Origin: a virus
Length of the DNA: 64,000 bases
Reading direction: 5' to 3' (one strand)
IMG/VR virus record: IMGVR_UViG_3300009506_000005
Span: 1 to 64,000 of that record
Part shown: positions 37,526 to 47,127 of the stretch, piece after piece
How positions within the stretch are numbered: the first letter of the stretch is position 1
Layout: every line of letters starts with the position of its first letter
Program-made: the position numbers and the translations under genes
Notes under the pieces: generated by a model
What the model saw: only the letters and a program-made list of their open reading frames with translations
The model's database searches: none
What the model was told of the DNA's origin: nothing

Positions 37526-37908
37526 CGGACTGGACGAAGCAAGAGCAGCTGGTAGTTGGTGTCTACCTCGCGCCGAAGCGCGGGGCGAAGGCGAGGGGCG
37601 GCGCACCGCTCATCGACACGTTCGTGCTGGACCCCAAGGTCAAGGCGCGCAAGAGGTGGGACGATGTGAAGGCCGCGGTGAAAGCCGAGGTAGAGGCGAG
37701 GGGCTATGAGCTCAGGACGGTTTCCATCATCGCGGAGCAGAAGTCCGATATCCACGTCTCGGCCTACGTCCACGATCGCGGCCAGGGCATGAACGCCCTG
37801 CTCCAGAGGTCGAAGCCCGTGCGCAGGGATGGTCCGCACGGTGGCCCGCTCGGGCGCCACGTGAAGAAGAAGACCGCGCAGACCATCGCCCGCAACCGAG
37901 GTCGTTGA
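37522..37908 (+). CDS. Basic hypothetical protein
   Basis: Coupled ORF. Confidence 0.5.
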   Translation: MTDWTKQEQLVVGVYLAPKRGAKARGGAPLIDTFVLDPKVKARKRWDDVKAAVKAEVEARGYELRTVSIIAEQKSDIHVSAYVHDRGQGMNALLQRSKPVRRDGPHGGPLGRHVKKKTAQTIARNRGR

Positions 37909-38318
37909 TGGGCGATCGGAAGTGGGAGGAGCTGATCGCCGATCGCTCTGGTCCATGGCAGATGAGGATCGGCGATGGAGATGCTGGCGCAGTTCTGCCT
38001 GGCAAGGCTCCGTACCCAGATCTCACGGTGCGGAAGGAACTGTTGAGCGAGGTCGATCGCCTCGTCTACCACACGATGGAGGTGGAGGCCTCGGCGGATT
38101 TCACCGAGCGGCGCGAGCGCTACATGATCGGCCGGCTTGTGGCCATCCTCAAGAGTGGCCATGAGGTTGAGTTCGAGCGAGAGGTGCTCCCATCCGCGGC
38201 GATCGAGGGGAACGTAGACACCCGCAGATGCGCTGCTTGTTCCAGGCAGATACCGGCTGGCGAGGCCAAGGTAGTTGACGGCGATGCCTACCACGCCGCC
38301 TGCATCGAGGAGGAGTAG
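37908..38318 (+). CDS. Hypothetical protein with C-terminal CxxC..HxxC Zn finger
   Basis: CAAC..YHAAC. Confidence 0.55.
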   Translation: MGDRKWEELIADRSGPWQMRIGDGDAGAVLPGKAPYPDLTVRKELLSEVDRLVYHTMEVEASADFTERRERYMIGRLVAILKSGHEVEFEREVLPSAAIEGNVDTRRCAACSRQIPAGEAKVVDGDAYHAACIEEE

Positions 38319-38320
38319 CC

Positions 38321-38680
38321 GTGTCAGGCAACATCCGCCACGAGGGTGCGATTGTCAGGGCTCATTACCCGGATTCCGGTGACATCAACGGACGTGCTCC
38401 TCGGCATCGCGTGATCATCGTCCAGGTCAGTGGTGCGCAGCGGGAGATCGTCACGCTCCAGGTACACAACGGGGTTCGCTGGGAGTCCGGCACCTGCGTG
38501 GGACGGTGGCCCGAGGGCTTGGTCAGGAGAGACATCCCGGCGCGTGACCGGATCAACTACCTGCGGGAGAAGTTCGGGGCCATGGTCTGCGTGGGCCCGG
38601 CGGACTTCCGCATCCTCGATCAGCTGTATCGAGATGCACTCAGCGCGATAACAGGAGGGAACTGTGTCAACCAAGACTGA
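38321..38680 (+). CDS. Hypothetical protein
   Basis: SD GAGGAG, GTG start. Confidence 0.45.
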   Translation: MSGNIRHEGAIVRAHYPDSGDINGRAPRHRVIIVQVSGAQREIVTLQVHNGVRWESGTCVGRWPEGLVRRDIPARDRINYLREKFGAMVCVGPADFRILDQLYRDALSAITGGNCVNQD

Positions 38681-38990
38681 GATCATCGAGGCCATCCAGG
38701 CTGCGGCAGACGCCACCGAGAACGACGGGATACGCTCTGCTCTTGGAGAACCTGGCGAGGTGGTGACGATCGAGGGCCTCAAGCGGCGCACTGGCGCTGC
38801 CTGGGAGGACACGCCTACCTCGCTGGAGATCCAGTACGAGGGCCTCGCAAACTGGCTGGACTCCCAGGGCATCGGTGGGTCCTTGAAGAGCAAGATCAAC
38901 GAGCTGATCAGTGGCTATACGCAGCTGAAATCCGATTACAACAACGGGGTTGTTCCAACCACCGCACCGGATATCAGCCCTCTTCCATGA
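38664..38990 (+). CDS. Hypothetical protein
   Basis: SD AGGAGG; coupled. Confidence 0.5.
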   Translation: MSTKTEIIEAIQAAADATENDGIRSALGEPGEVVTIEGLKRRTGAAWEDTPTSLEIQYEGLANWLDSQGIGGSLKSKINELISGYTQLKSDYNNGVVPTTAPDISPLP

Positions 38991-39370
38991 CGGCATTCCC
39001 CAAGAACAAGCCGCACCGCTCCCGCGAGTTCCTGGCCTTCGCCAAGGGCTTGCCCGGGCCGTGCTGCATTTGCTGGCGGGTGAACGGCAGGAAGCGCCCG
39101 GCAGAGGAGCTCCACCACTACGGGGAGAAGGGTGCTGGCCAGAAGTGTTCGGACCATGAGGTGGCCCGGATCTGCGCGGAGCACCACCGCCGCTACCAGG
39201 GGAAGCGGAGGATCGGCTTCATGCGCGCCGGCGAGATCGAAGTGTTGGAGGCGCTGGAGTCGGACAACGTGAAGCTCCTCTCGGCGTGGGCCACGAAGCT
39301 GGAGGGCGATCTCGACTTGCTACGCTCGGCCAATCGTGGCACAATATCCGGCGCGAGAGGGGAACAGTGA
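38987..39370 (+). CDS. DUF968/HNH-like Zn-binding protein
   Basis: RS..FLAF..LPGPCCIC..LHH..GQKCSD..ICAEHH. Confidence 0.7.
   Translation: MTAFPKNKPHRSREFLAFAKGLPGPCCICWRVNGRKRPAEELHHYGEKGAGQKCSDHEVARICAEHHRRYQGKRRIGFMRAGEIEVLEALESDNVKLLSAWATKLEGDLDLLRSANRGTISGARGEQ
39317..39345 (+). promoter_or_regulatory. Promoter TTGCTA-N17-CACAAT (TG extended)
   Basis: Hexamers with 17-nt spacer before a ~150-nt intergenic gap. Confidence 0.4.
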
Positions 39371-39515
39371 AATTAAAACGAGCGGGGAAGGCCAAGGACA
39401 GCTGAGAAAGCCCTGGGAGGCGCGAGAATCGCCTCCAGGCGAAACCGAGGGGGATGCTCACGGAAAGACGAGAAAGCCGCTCAGAAGCTATTCTCGTCAA
39501 CCTCAGGAGGGTCCC

Positions 39516-40175
39516 ATGGCGAGCCTGACATGGTTACAGAGATTCAACGAGCTCCGGCGTGTGCTGGTCCAGGTTGTTCCGGGGCTCGAAATAAAATACA
39601 AAACGGACTCGGTTTTCTGGAGGATTCTTCCCAGGATGTGGAGCCGGGAGACCACCACAACGATGGGGGCGACCATCTGGTTCCCGACCAGGGAGTACGT
39701 AGTGCAGAACCCGCGGGCCGCGTTCTACACCCTGGCCCACGAAGGGGTGCACGTGTTCTCGTTCTACGCGGGGCCGGTGGCTCACGTCCTGGGCTACGCC
39801 TTCCCCCAGATCCTGATCGCTCCACTCGGCGTGGCGGCCATCGTGCTCGGTGCGAGCGGATCGTTGTGGTGGATCCTGCTCGCCGTGCTCGCCCTCACAG
39901 CCTTGGCCCCGTGGCCGGCTCCATTCCGAGCGAACGAGGAGGCGAAGGCCTACACCATGGGCATCGCCATCCAGTACTGGAGAGGGCAGCCGAAGATCGA
40001 CAGATACCGCAGGGCGATGGCCGCCAAGCTCAGAACCTGGATCTACTGGCGCTCGGTATGGAGCAAGCGCCATTCGTTGAAGCTGATCGATTCCTATGCA
40101 GACCGGATCGAAGGCGGTGGGATCTTCCGTGTCTCGCAGGCGTTCCGGTTGGTGCAGTCTATTCTCATGGAGTGA
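39516..40175 (+). CDS. Membrane Zn-metallopeptidase-like protein (HExxH)
   Basis: TTTMGATIWFP..LAHEGVH..two TM..RANEEAKAY. Confidence 0.65.
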   Translation: MASLTWLQRFNELRRVLVQVVPGLEIKYKTDSVFWRILPRMWSRETTTTMGATIWFPTREYVVQNPRAAFYTLAHEGVHVFSFYAGPVAHVLGYAFPQILIAPLGVAAIVLGASGSLWWILLAVLALTALAPWPAPFRANEEAKAYTMGIAIQYWRGQPKIDRYRRAMAAKLRTWIYWRSVWSKRHSLKLIDSYADRIEGGGIFRVSQAFRLVQSILME

Positions 40176-40179
40176 GTTG

Positions 40180-40434
40180 ATGGCAAAGAGGAAGAAGAAG
40201 CGCAAGAAGAAGAGCACGATGTGGCAGGACCGGCTGAGAGCCGAGCGCATCCGATCCGTGCGAGAGGCCATGGAAAAGAGCGAAGGTCTCGTGCCGGAGG
40301 CGGCTGTGATCCTCGGCATCGGAGAGCGCACCCTGCGCCGCTGGCTGAACGAGCTCAAGCTCGGTCACCTCTCGCGCTTTCGGAGAGGTGGTGAGTACTC
40401 GAAGAGATCCAGGATCGAGGAGGCCGCTTCATGA
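40180..40434 (+). CDS. Fis-type HTH protein
   Basis: EAMEKSEGLVPEAAVILGIGERTLRRWL. Confidence 0.8.
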   Translation: MAKRKKKRKKKSTMWQDRLRAERIRSVREAMEKSEGLVPEAAVILGIGERTLRRWLNELKLGHLSRFRRGGEYSKRSRIEEAAS

Positions 40435-41024
40435 GCAAGCGTCCGCCCCCCGCCATCTTCGCCGTGGACCCCGGGGCCAAGTCCGGCTACGCCGTGGTCA
40501 CGTGCGAGCTCTCACCGCGGCTGCTCTACTTCGGGGTGGTGAAGGCCAAAGAGACCAGCGTCACAGGGCTCGTGGAGGGCGTGCTCAAGTGCATGGCCAA
40601 AGACTTCCCCGGGGTGGAGATCGAGCGCGGCGTCATCGAGGATCAGTACCTCGGGGTGGTGAAGCGCAGGAAGAAGGGGGCGAAGGCCGGTGAGGAAGAA
40701 CGGACGATGATCCCTCAGTCCATGAAGAAGGTCGCCCGGGTTGCCGGCCGCTGGCAGGAGGCGTTCCTCCGCAACGGGATCCCCTACCGCGAGGATGATG
40801 ACGACATCCACCCGCAGTCCTGGCAGTCCAAGGAGCTCGGCACTGGATCTCGCAAGGGGCGCGATGTGCTGCGGCAGCAATGCGCCGCGAAGGTGGCCGG
40901 GCTGTATGGTGGTGGGCGGGTGAAGATTCCGGAGAACGCCGACTCCGCAGTCCTCATCGCCCGGTATCGCGCGATCGAGGTAGGCCGCAAGCTCTCGCAG
41001 GGGGTCCTGTTTGGGAGCGCCTGA
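40431..41024 (+). CDS. RuvC-like Holliday junction resolvase
   Basis: IFAVDPGAKSGYA, VIEDQY, PQSWQ, NADSAVLIA. Confidence 0.75.
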   Translation: MSKRPPPAIFAVDPGAKSGYAVVTCELSPRLLYFGVVKAKETSVTGLVEGVLKCMAKDFPGVEIERGVIEDQYLGVVKRRKKGAKAGEEERTMIPQSMKKVARVAGRWQEAFLRNGIPYREDDDDIHPQSWQSKELGTGSRKGRDVLRQQCAAKVAGLYGGGRVKIPENADSAVLIARYRAIEVGRKLSQGVLFGSA

Positions 41025-41049
41025 TCAACCGAGCGAGATTGAGGAGTGG

Positions 41050-41490
41050 ATGGTGAGCGAGCGAGTCATTCCAGTCGAGCGCGATCATGACCTGGCCCAG
41101 GCCAAGGCGATCCAAGACTACTGGGCGATGCGCACGGTGCGCGAGATGGAGAAGGGGCTCATTCCATCGCGGACGTTGAAGCTGAACGTGGGCGGCGTGG
41201 ACTTCTACGTGCACGTGGGCTACCTGGACGGCGTTCCTGTACACATCATGGTCGATGGCTTCAAGGAGGATGACAACCGGCAGAGGGCTCCGCTGGAGCT
41301 GCTCTGCGAGCAGGTGAGCGACGGCATGCGCCGAGGTCTCTTCGGGCTGGAAGAGGTTCTCGCCACGTGGAGGGGGACGAGCTTCGCCCCGTGTGGCCGC
41401 TGCCCTCAGCTTGGCGATCGCTTCGTGGGCTCACCGCTCGATGCGATTGGATGGTACTTGATGAAAGGAGAAGGAGATGGCAGAGGCTGA
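41050..41490 (+). CDS. Stand-alone TSCPD / NrdJ C-terminal-like domain
   Basis: RTLKLNVGGVDFYVHVG..DGVP..I..S..R.G..EE..RGTSFAPCG..SPLDAIG. Confidence 0.7.
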   Translation: MVSERVIPVERDHDLAQAKAIQDYWAMRTVREMEKGLIPSRTLKLNVGGVDFYVHVGYLDGVPVHIMVDGFKEDDNRQRAPLELLCEQVSDGMRRGLFGLEEVLATWRGTSFAPCGRCPQLGDRFVGSPLDAIGWYLMKGEGDGRG

Positions 41491-41971
41491 TCAGCGAATC
41501 ACTGATACCGAGATCGCGGAAGCGGAAAGGCTGTGCAAAAGGCTAAAACAGCCATATGGCTTCCTGGAATCTCACGTTGCGCTTTTTATTCGAACAATGC
41601 TCACGCTAGTCCCTCGCCTCTGTGCGCGGGCGCGGGAGCAGGCGGGGGAGATTGCGTTGCAGGAAATTGCAACCAATGAGGCAGAGGCCAGAGCCACCGT
41701 GCAAAGGGAGCGCGCCGAGGCCGCCGAGTCCGCGCTGGAGGCGGTGAGGGAAGCAAGCGAGTTCGTGGTTGCTACGGCATGGGGAAATACATACGGGTTG
41801 GACATAGAGGATGTGGTCGCCGCCGGACGCCTTGCTGCAAAGGAGATAATCTCAGTGCTCGGAGAAGATTGGGCTCGGAAGCTTCTTGCGAAACAAGGGC
41901 ACTCTGAGGATAAAATTCGCGACATCCTGGCTGGCAAATGGACCGCCATCATGCCGATGACAGGTGGCTGA
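41477..41971 (+). CDS. Hypothetical protein (Ead/Ea22-like coiled coil)
   Basis: FI..VPRL..ERAEAAE pattern. Confidence 0.45.
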   Translation: MAEADQRITDTEIAEAERLCKRLKQPYGFLESHVALFIRTMLTLVPRLCARAREQAGEIALQEIATNEAEARATVQRERAEAAESALEAVREASEFVVATAWGNTYGLDIEDVVAAGRLAAKEIISVLGEDWARKLLAKQGHSEDKIRDILAGKWTAIMPMTGG

Positions 41972-42785
41972 GGTGCAGAATACCAAGATCGACTGGGCTG
42001 ACATGAGCGCGAACCCTACGACGGGATGCAGCACAGGAGGCTGCAAGTTCTGCTACGCTCGCCGCTTTGCCAAGCGCCTCGCGGGCAAGGAGGGCACGGT
42101 CTATCACCGGCTCAGGGAGAAGGGCTTCGACCCGTTCACGCCAGCCATTCATCAAGATGTCCTGCGGAAGCTGGACGCGGACCTGGCCAAGAAGCGGAAG
42201 CCGCAGACCATCTTCCTCGGGAGCATGTCCGACCTTGGCTCGAAGCGATGGCGGGTGACGGACGTCCAGGACGGGGAGCCCATCGTGATGGAGGCGCTGT
42301 CCCGGGCCCTCGTCCAGAGCAAGATCAAGAAGCTGATCCGCAACCACCCGCGCCACACCTTCCTCATCCTGACAAAGAACACCGAGGGGCTCGCCGGCTC
42401 GTGGCCGAAGAACGCCTGGATCGGGGTGAGCACACCGACGTCTGCCGAGGCGCGCGAGCGGGTGCCCGTACTCTTCGAGGAGGTGGAGGAAGCGGGCGGT
42501 CACTTCGTCTCCATCGAGCCCCTCCTTGACACCGGGTTCCAGCCACGCACCCTCGTGCTTCCGATGCGCTCGGGCGGTTTCATCTACACCAAGGAGCCGG
42601 ACTGGGTTGTGATTGGAGCGGAGACAGGAGCAGGGAAGAGGCCGTCCACAGAGGTGCGGGATGCGGCGATCAAGATCTGCGATTGGTGTGCGAACCACAA
42701 TGTACCTGTTTTTGTCAAGGACAACCTTCGCAGTGAATACGAGGACATAGCGTGGCCAATGGCGTTCCCCGAGTGGAGGAGATAA
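41964..42785 (+). CDS. DUF5131 (phage Gp37/Gp68) radical-SAM-like protein
   Basis: TKIDWAD..NPTTGC..GCKFCYA, FLGSMSDL, HTFLILTK, FVSIEPLL, DWVVIGAETG, VPVFVK. Confidence 0.9.
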   Translation: MAEVQNTKIDWADMSANPTTGCSTGGCKFCYARRFAKRLAGKEGTVYHRLREKGFDPFTPAIHQDVLRKLDADLAKKRKPQTIFLGSMSDLGSKRWRVTDVQDGEPIVMEALSRALVQSKIKKLIRNHPRHTFLILTKNTEGLAGSWPKNAWIGVSTPTSAEARERVPVLFEEVEEAGGHFVSIEPLLDTGFQPRTLVLPMRSGGFIYTKEPDWVVIGAETGAGKRPSTEVRDAAIKICDWCANHNVPVFVKDNLRSEYEDIAWPMAFPEWRR

Positions 42786-43792
42786 TGGACTTCAAAAAAA
42801 TGGCTGAGGAGAACAGGATTCTGGAAGTCCGAATAGGCTCCCATCTCTTTGGAACAAATACGCCGGACAGCGATCTCGATCTCTTCGGGGTCTTCATGCC
42901 GTGTGACGAGACCTTGTTCGGATTCCAGAGGTGCGAAGAGGTTGATCTTGGAACGGCGTGCAAGGACGACACGGGGCGCAACACGAAGGACGCCGTTGAT
43001 CGGAAGCTCCACGATTTTAGAAAATTCGTGCGCCTGTTGATGCAGAACAATCCGAACATCCTCCATGTCATCATGGCCGATGAGCGTAATATCGTATTCA
43101 AGGATGAGCATGGCTTCGCCGAGAGACTGTTCGAGATGGGGCCGAAGTTCCCGCACAAGGGAGCGCACCACCGGTTCGTTAAATATGCCGAGGCGCAGGG
43201 CCACAAGATGAGGATCAAGCCTCAGAACTACAGGGCGCTGGAGGAGGGGCTGGAGGTGCTGGAGCAGCTGGACAACAATCAGGTGCTCGCCGATGTGGTT
43301 CGGTTCTGCGATGAGGCTCAGAAGCGGGGGATAGGAGTTGGCGTGCCGTTCAAAGACAGCGGGAAGGGGAAGCACATCCAGTGCGGCGACCTGCACTTTG
43401 AGCGCGGGGTGTTCGTGAAGAAGGCCAAGAAGATGATCCGTGAGCGGCTGTCGAAAGCGACGGGGCGGCACGTGCTATTCACCAAGTTCGGATACGATGT
43501 GAAGTTCGCGTCCAACTTGATCCAGCTACTCAATGAGGGGATTGAGTTGATGGAGACAGGATGGATCCAGATGCCGCTTGCCTATGCCCAGGACATCCTC
43601 GATGTGAAGGCTGGGAAATATACGGCTGAGCAGATCGCTGAGTGGTCAGAGCAGCTGGTTGAGGAAGCTCGGCGCGCCTACGAGCGCACGGATCTCCCGG
43701 CGCACCCTCCGGCTGCGGAGATAGAAGAGTTCTTGATGCTTGAGGTTTGGCGGTGGGCGAGTGATAGGACTCGCTTCTGGGGGAAGGTATGA
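42785..43792 (+). CDS. RlaP/YcgL-like nucleotidyltransferase (Pol-beta superfamily)
   Basis: GSHLFGTNTPDSDLDLFGVF; NNPNIL; GYDVKFAS..L; ILDVKAG. Confidence 0.88.
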   Translation: MDFKKMAEENRILEVRIGSHLFGTNTPDSDLDLFGVFMPCDETLFGFQRCEEVDLGTACKDDTGRNTKDAVDRKLHDFRKFVRLLMQNNPNILHVIMADERNIVFKDEHGFAERLFEMGPKFPHKGAHHRFVKYAEAQGHKMRIKPQNYRALEEGLEVLEQLDNNQVLADVVRFCDEAQKRGIGVGVPFKDSGKGKHIQCGDLHFERGVFVKKAKKMIRERLSKATGRHVLFTKFGYDVKFASNLIQLLNEGIELMETGWIQMPLAYAQDILDVKAGKYTAEQIAEWSEQLVEEARRAYERTDLPAHPPAAEIEEFLMLEVWRWASDRTRFWGKV

Positions 43793-44013
43793 CCCGTGAG
43801 GACCGGATCCACTGGGAGATCGAGCAGTGGGAGGCGAACCTCCGTGGTGTCCGGGAGATGGCCGTGGAGATGGGTGACCCCATGCTTGGCGCGCTGACAA
43901 TCGGCGGCCAGGAGGAGCGCGCGATCGAGAGCCTGCGCGATGAGCTGAAACAGATCGAACTGCAACGACTGCGAGAGGAAGCGTGGGAAGACCACTGGCT
44001 TCTGGAGCTGTGA
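43789..44013 (+). CDS. Hypothetical protein
   Basis: ATGA overlap. Confidence 0.5.
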   Translation: MTREDRIHWEIEQWEANLRGVREMAVEMGDPMLGALTIGGQEERAIESLRDELKQIELQRLREEAWEDHWLLEL

Positions 44014-44014
44014 T

Positions 44015-44539
44015 ATGACTGGATCTGGACAACTTTCTCTCCAGATAGATTCCGTAATAGGGAGCAGTTCAGGCGCTGTGTTATCAGATTGTGAGAGCTA
44101 TCGATATCTTCTCTGGCGCAGGTGGAACGATAGCTTTCCAATAATTTCATGGATTATGCTGAACCCATCTACCGCAGATGCGAGCATCGATGATCCTACC
44201 ATTCGTAGAGTCATCAACTTCTCGAAACGGTGGGGATTCGGATCGTGCTACATCGCCAATCTCTTTGCATTGCGGGCGACGGATCCACGTGAATTACTCA
44301 AGCATTCGGATCCTATTGGACCGGAATGCAATAAGCATATAGTCGAAGCGGTTCGCATTAGCAGCAAATTGATTTGTGGGTGGGGGGTTCACGGGTCCCT
44401 TCAAGGCAGGGATTCCGACGTCCTTTCGATCTTGGAATGCGGGGCGGTACCTTACCATCTTGGTCTCACAAAGGGAGGGTATCCAAGGCATCCGCTGTAT
44501 CTGGCGTCTGATACGGAACCAGTCGCATGGGAGAGATAG
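44015..44539 (+). CDS. DUF1643 protein
   Basis: YRYLLWRRW, IMLNPSTAD..DDPTIRR, NLFALRATDP, TKGGYPRHPLY. Confidence 0.92.
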   Translation: MTGSGQLSLQIDSVIGSSSGAVLSDCESYRYLLWRRWNDSFPIISWIMLNPSTADASIDDPTIRRVINFSKRWGFGSCYIANLFALRATDPRELLKHSDPIGPECNKHIVEAVRISSKLICGWGVHGSLQGRDSDVLSILECGAVPYHLGLTKGGYPRHPLYLASDTEPVAWER

Positions 44540-44541
44540 CT

Positions 44542-44739
44542 ATGGAAGACGGCATCGCGACAACAGATGAGAAGATCGAGTGGCTCGCCGAGCTCCTCGA
44601 TGAGGACCCGTGCCCTTTGTCCGTCAGGGAGCAGGAGTTCATTGCGGACATGAGCGAGAACGTGAGCGAGTTCTGGCACGCCACCGAGAAGCAGGAGGCG
44701 TGGATCGACAGGCTGTACGAGAAACACATTGAAGGTTGA
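44542..44739 (+). CDS. Hypothetical protein
   Basis: LS.REQEFI..TEKQ..WI..LYEKH small phage motif. Confidence 0.55.
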   Translation: MEDGIATTDEKIEWLAELLDEDPCPLSVREQEFIADMSENVSEFWHATEKQEAWIDRLYEKHIEG

Positions 44740-45349
44740 GGACATCAAGCATTCGATCGAGCTGAGCGGAGCGGAGGCCTGGGCCATCGTCACGGGGGTC
44801 CCCTCGTTCCCGCTCTGCGCCTCGGAGGATGAGCCATTCATCGTGACTGCCGAGGGCGTCAAGGTCTGCATCGCCACCATCCGCGAGGGGAGCGCTGCCC
44901 TCTTGGCGTTGGCCTGTGCCCATGCTTCTCACGGGGCGCACCCCAAGGTGGCAGGGGTGATGGGGGAATTGCGGGAGCAGGTGAAGGCAGCCGGTCTGGA
45001 CAAGTGGATTCGCTTCCAGGACTCCAGCATCTGTCCCGTGTGCGGGGGTGCCGAGTGGTTGCCGCCAGATAGCGAGCAAGCGCGCGGACTTGTCGTCATG
45101 GCTCATTCCTTTGGGATCTTCCGAGGTATCAAGATTCCGAAGGCCGCAGAAGGTTTGACCGACATAGATCAACTAAGTATGATCAGGGAGCTTTTCGCAG
45201 GTATCACGCTTCCCCGCGAGACCGCCCGCGAAGCTCAAGGCGCCTCGGCTTCTCTGTTCCCCCTCGGAGGAGGCCGGGGCGTCGGTTTCTCTGCACAACA
45301 AAAAGGACAAGGTGAAGAACATGATGGAAGAGACTCCGCAGACGATTGA
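44729..45349 (+). CDS. Hypothetical protein
   Basis: Coupled ORF, TTG start. Confidence 0.45.
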   Translation: MKVEDIKHSIELSGAEAWAIVTGVPSFPLCASEDEPFIVTAEGVKVCIATIREGSAALLALACAHASHGAHPKVAGVMGELREQVKAAGLDKWIRFQDSSICPVCGGAEWLPPDSEQARGLVVMAHSFGIFRGIKIPKAAEGLTDIDQLSMIRELFAGITLPRETAREAQGASASLFPLGGGRGVGFSAQQKGQGEEHDGRDSADD

Positions 45350-45665
45350 GATCCAGGTGTACTGCGCTCAGGAGCGTGAGGTGGTGGGGACTATCAACGC
45401 CGTGCCGAGCCCAAGGGACGGCCGCGTGGTCATAGACGCTGGCCTGGTCTGGCGCTCGTTCATCCCCACGCAGGAGAAGTTCAAGCTCACCAAGCAGCCG
45501 AACGACGGTGACTTCCTAGCCTGCCCAAACTGCACCGGCCATCTCTCGCTGAGGGGAGAGGTGATGGTGACGAAGCCAAGGCAGCGCGGCGCGGAGAAGG
45601 AGCGTGGATCGATCCCGGAGCAGGTTGTTCCCATCGTCCTCGCGGCCACAGCCGTTGAGGGCTGA
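45321..45665 (+). CDS. Hypothetical protein (CxxC)
   Basis: CPNC; coupled. Confidence 0.45.
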   Translation: MMEETPQTIEIQVYCAQEREVVGTINAVPSPRDGRVVIDAGLVWRSFIPTQEKFKLTKQPNDGDFLACPNCTGHLSLRGEVMVTKPRQRGAEKERGSIPEQVVPIVLAATAVEG

Positions 45666-45666
45666 C

Positions 45667-46062
45667 ATGCTGGACACGCTCAAGAGCCTGACCGGCCAGT
45701 GGAGCGGGGCGCCGATCTGGAAGAAGGTGCTCCTGGCCATCGGCATCGTGCTCGTGGCCGTGCTCGTGGCAGTGACCTTCTGGCTGTACCTCAGGCCGAA
45801 GGATGACGATGACTCACCGGCCTTCAAGGTGGCCGAGGACCGGGGCGAGGTGATCGATGGGATCGTCGCCCGGAACGAGGAGCGTGATCGGGAGCTCGCC
45901 GCGGATGGCGAGAAGTTGCGCACCGAGCGCGAGGACATCGAGAAAGAAATCGCCGAGTCAGGCGAGGGAAGGGAGGCGTTCCATGAGGAAGTGGATCGCG
46001 CCGCTGCTCGTGGTGACATCGCTGGCATTGACGCTGCCCGCGATCGCAGACGACAACGATAG
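45667..46062 (+). CDS. Membrane-anchored coiled-coil protein (i-spanin-like)
   Basis: N-terminal TM followed by charged coiled coil. Confidence 0.45.
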   Translation: MLDTLKSLTGQWSGAPIWKKVLLAIGIVLVAVLVAVTFWLYLRPKDDDDSPAFKVAEDRGEVIDGIVARNEERDRELAADGEKLRTEREDIEKEIAESGEGREAFHEEVDRAAARGDIAGIDAARDRRRQR

Positions 46063-46459
46063 CGGACCACCATCCACCCGCAGGCAGCTTCCTGCGGGGA
46101 GGGAGGTGGAGGTGGACGGCGTGAAGCTCAAGGCGTTCACCGCCGAAGAATACGCCGAGATCGTGAAGCTTGAGGATGACTACCTCTGGTTCTTCGGGAA
46201 CTGGCCCAAGCTCCAGCTCGCCCTGGAGAAGAGCAAGGGCGAGACGCTTGTGGGGCAGGAGCGCTTGCACCTATGCCGCGAGGACCTCGGCCTGGTCAGG
46301 ACGGACAGGGAGATCCTGCGCAAGGCATGGAAGGAAGAGCGGCGCCTGCGCCTGGATGAGAGGAACGCAACGAAGGCCCGGGAGTGGATCCCCTGGGGAC
46401 TTGTAATCGTGCAGTCGATAGGATTCGGCGTCGTTGGCATCTACGCCGCGAGCCAGTAA
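45983..46459 (+). CDS. Signal-peptide coiled-coil protein with C-terminal TM (spanin-like partner)
   Basis: MRKWIAPLLVVTSLALTLPAIA signal; overlaps previous gene by 80 nt. Confidence 0.45.
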   Translation: MRKWIAPLLVVTSLALTLPAIADDNDSGPPSTRRQLPAGREVEVDGVKLKAFTAEEYAEIVKLEDDYLWFFGNWPKLQLALEKSKGETLVGQERLHLCREDLGLVRTDREILRKAWKEERRLRLDERNATKAREWIPWGLVIVQSIGFGVVGIYAASQ

Positions 46460-46486
46460 CGCGCGATAGCGCAGACGAGGTAAAGA

Positions 46487-46972
46487 ATGTTCAGAGAGAA
46501 GTTCCAAAGTAAGGTGAAGAAGCTCAACCTCAAGCGGGGAGAAGACGAGCCCGGCATCCTCACGGAGATGACCCTCCAGGGGGAGATCACGGACTCGCAG
46601 CTCGTGGACCTGGGCTCCGAGGTCCTGGCCATGGTGGAAGCGCGGAGCGCGGGAGACACCCGGGTGCTGCCCTTCAAGACGGCGGAACTCGACCAGGACT
46701 ACTCGGACCTCTCGCTCTATGTCTACGCCACGCCGGGCATGGACCCCGAGCCTCGGGGCAAGTTCCAGACGGAGGGTGTGAGCGTCAACAAGATCAAGCT
46801 CGTGAAGAGCGAGGAACAACCCACCCGTCCAGACCTCCAGATGTGCGTGAAGATCCCTCCGCTCAAGGCGGACGATCTGATCTGGCTCATCCAGCAACTG
46901 GGCCACTCGATCTCGCTCAAGCTGACCAGCTCGCAGACCGAGCTCCCTCTCGATGGGGACGACGACGATTGA
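46487..46972 (+). CDS. Hypothetical protein
   Basis: SD GAGGT; QTELPL tail. Confidence 0.55.
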   Translation: MFREKFQSKVKKLNLKRGEDEPGILTEMTLQGEITDSQLVDLGSEVLAMVEARSAGDTRVLPFKTAELDQDYSDLSLYVYATPGMDPEPRGKFQTEGVSVNKIKLVKSEEQPTRPDLQMCVKIPPLKADDLIWLIQQLGHSISLKLTSSQTELPLDGDDDD

Positions 46973-47098
46973 GCAAGAAGAGCCACAGGAAGAAGCGCCG
47001 TCGCAAGGAACGGAAGCGGGTTGAGCAAGAGGAGCGCGAAACACGATCGCGCGATCAGGCTGAGGAGCCGGAAACCCGCACCACGACTGGCGATTCCC

Positions 47099-47127
47099 TT
47101 GACTCGCGTGATCGTAGATCGTAAGAT
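47099..47127 (+). promoter_or_regulatory. Strong sigma70-type promoter TTGACT-N17-TAAGAT
   Basis: Near-consensus hexamers with 17-nt spacer. Confidence 0.65.
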
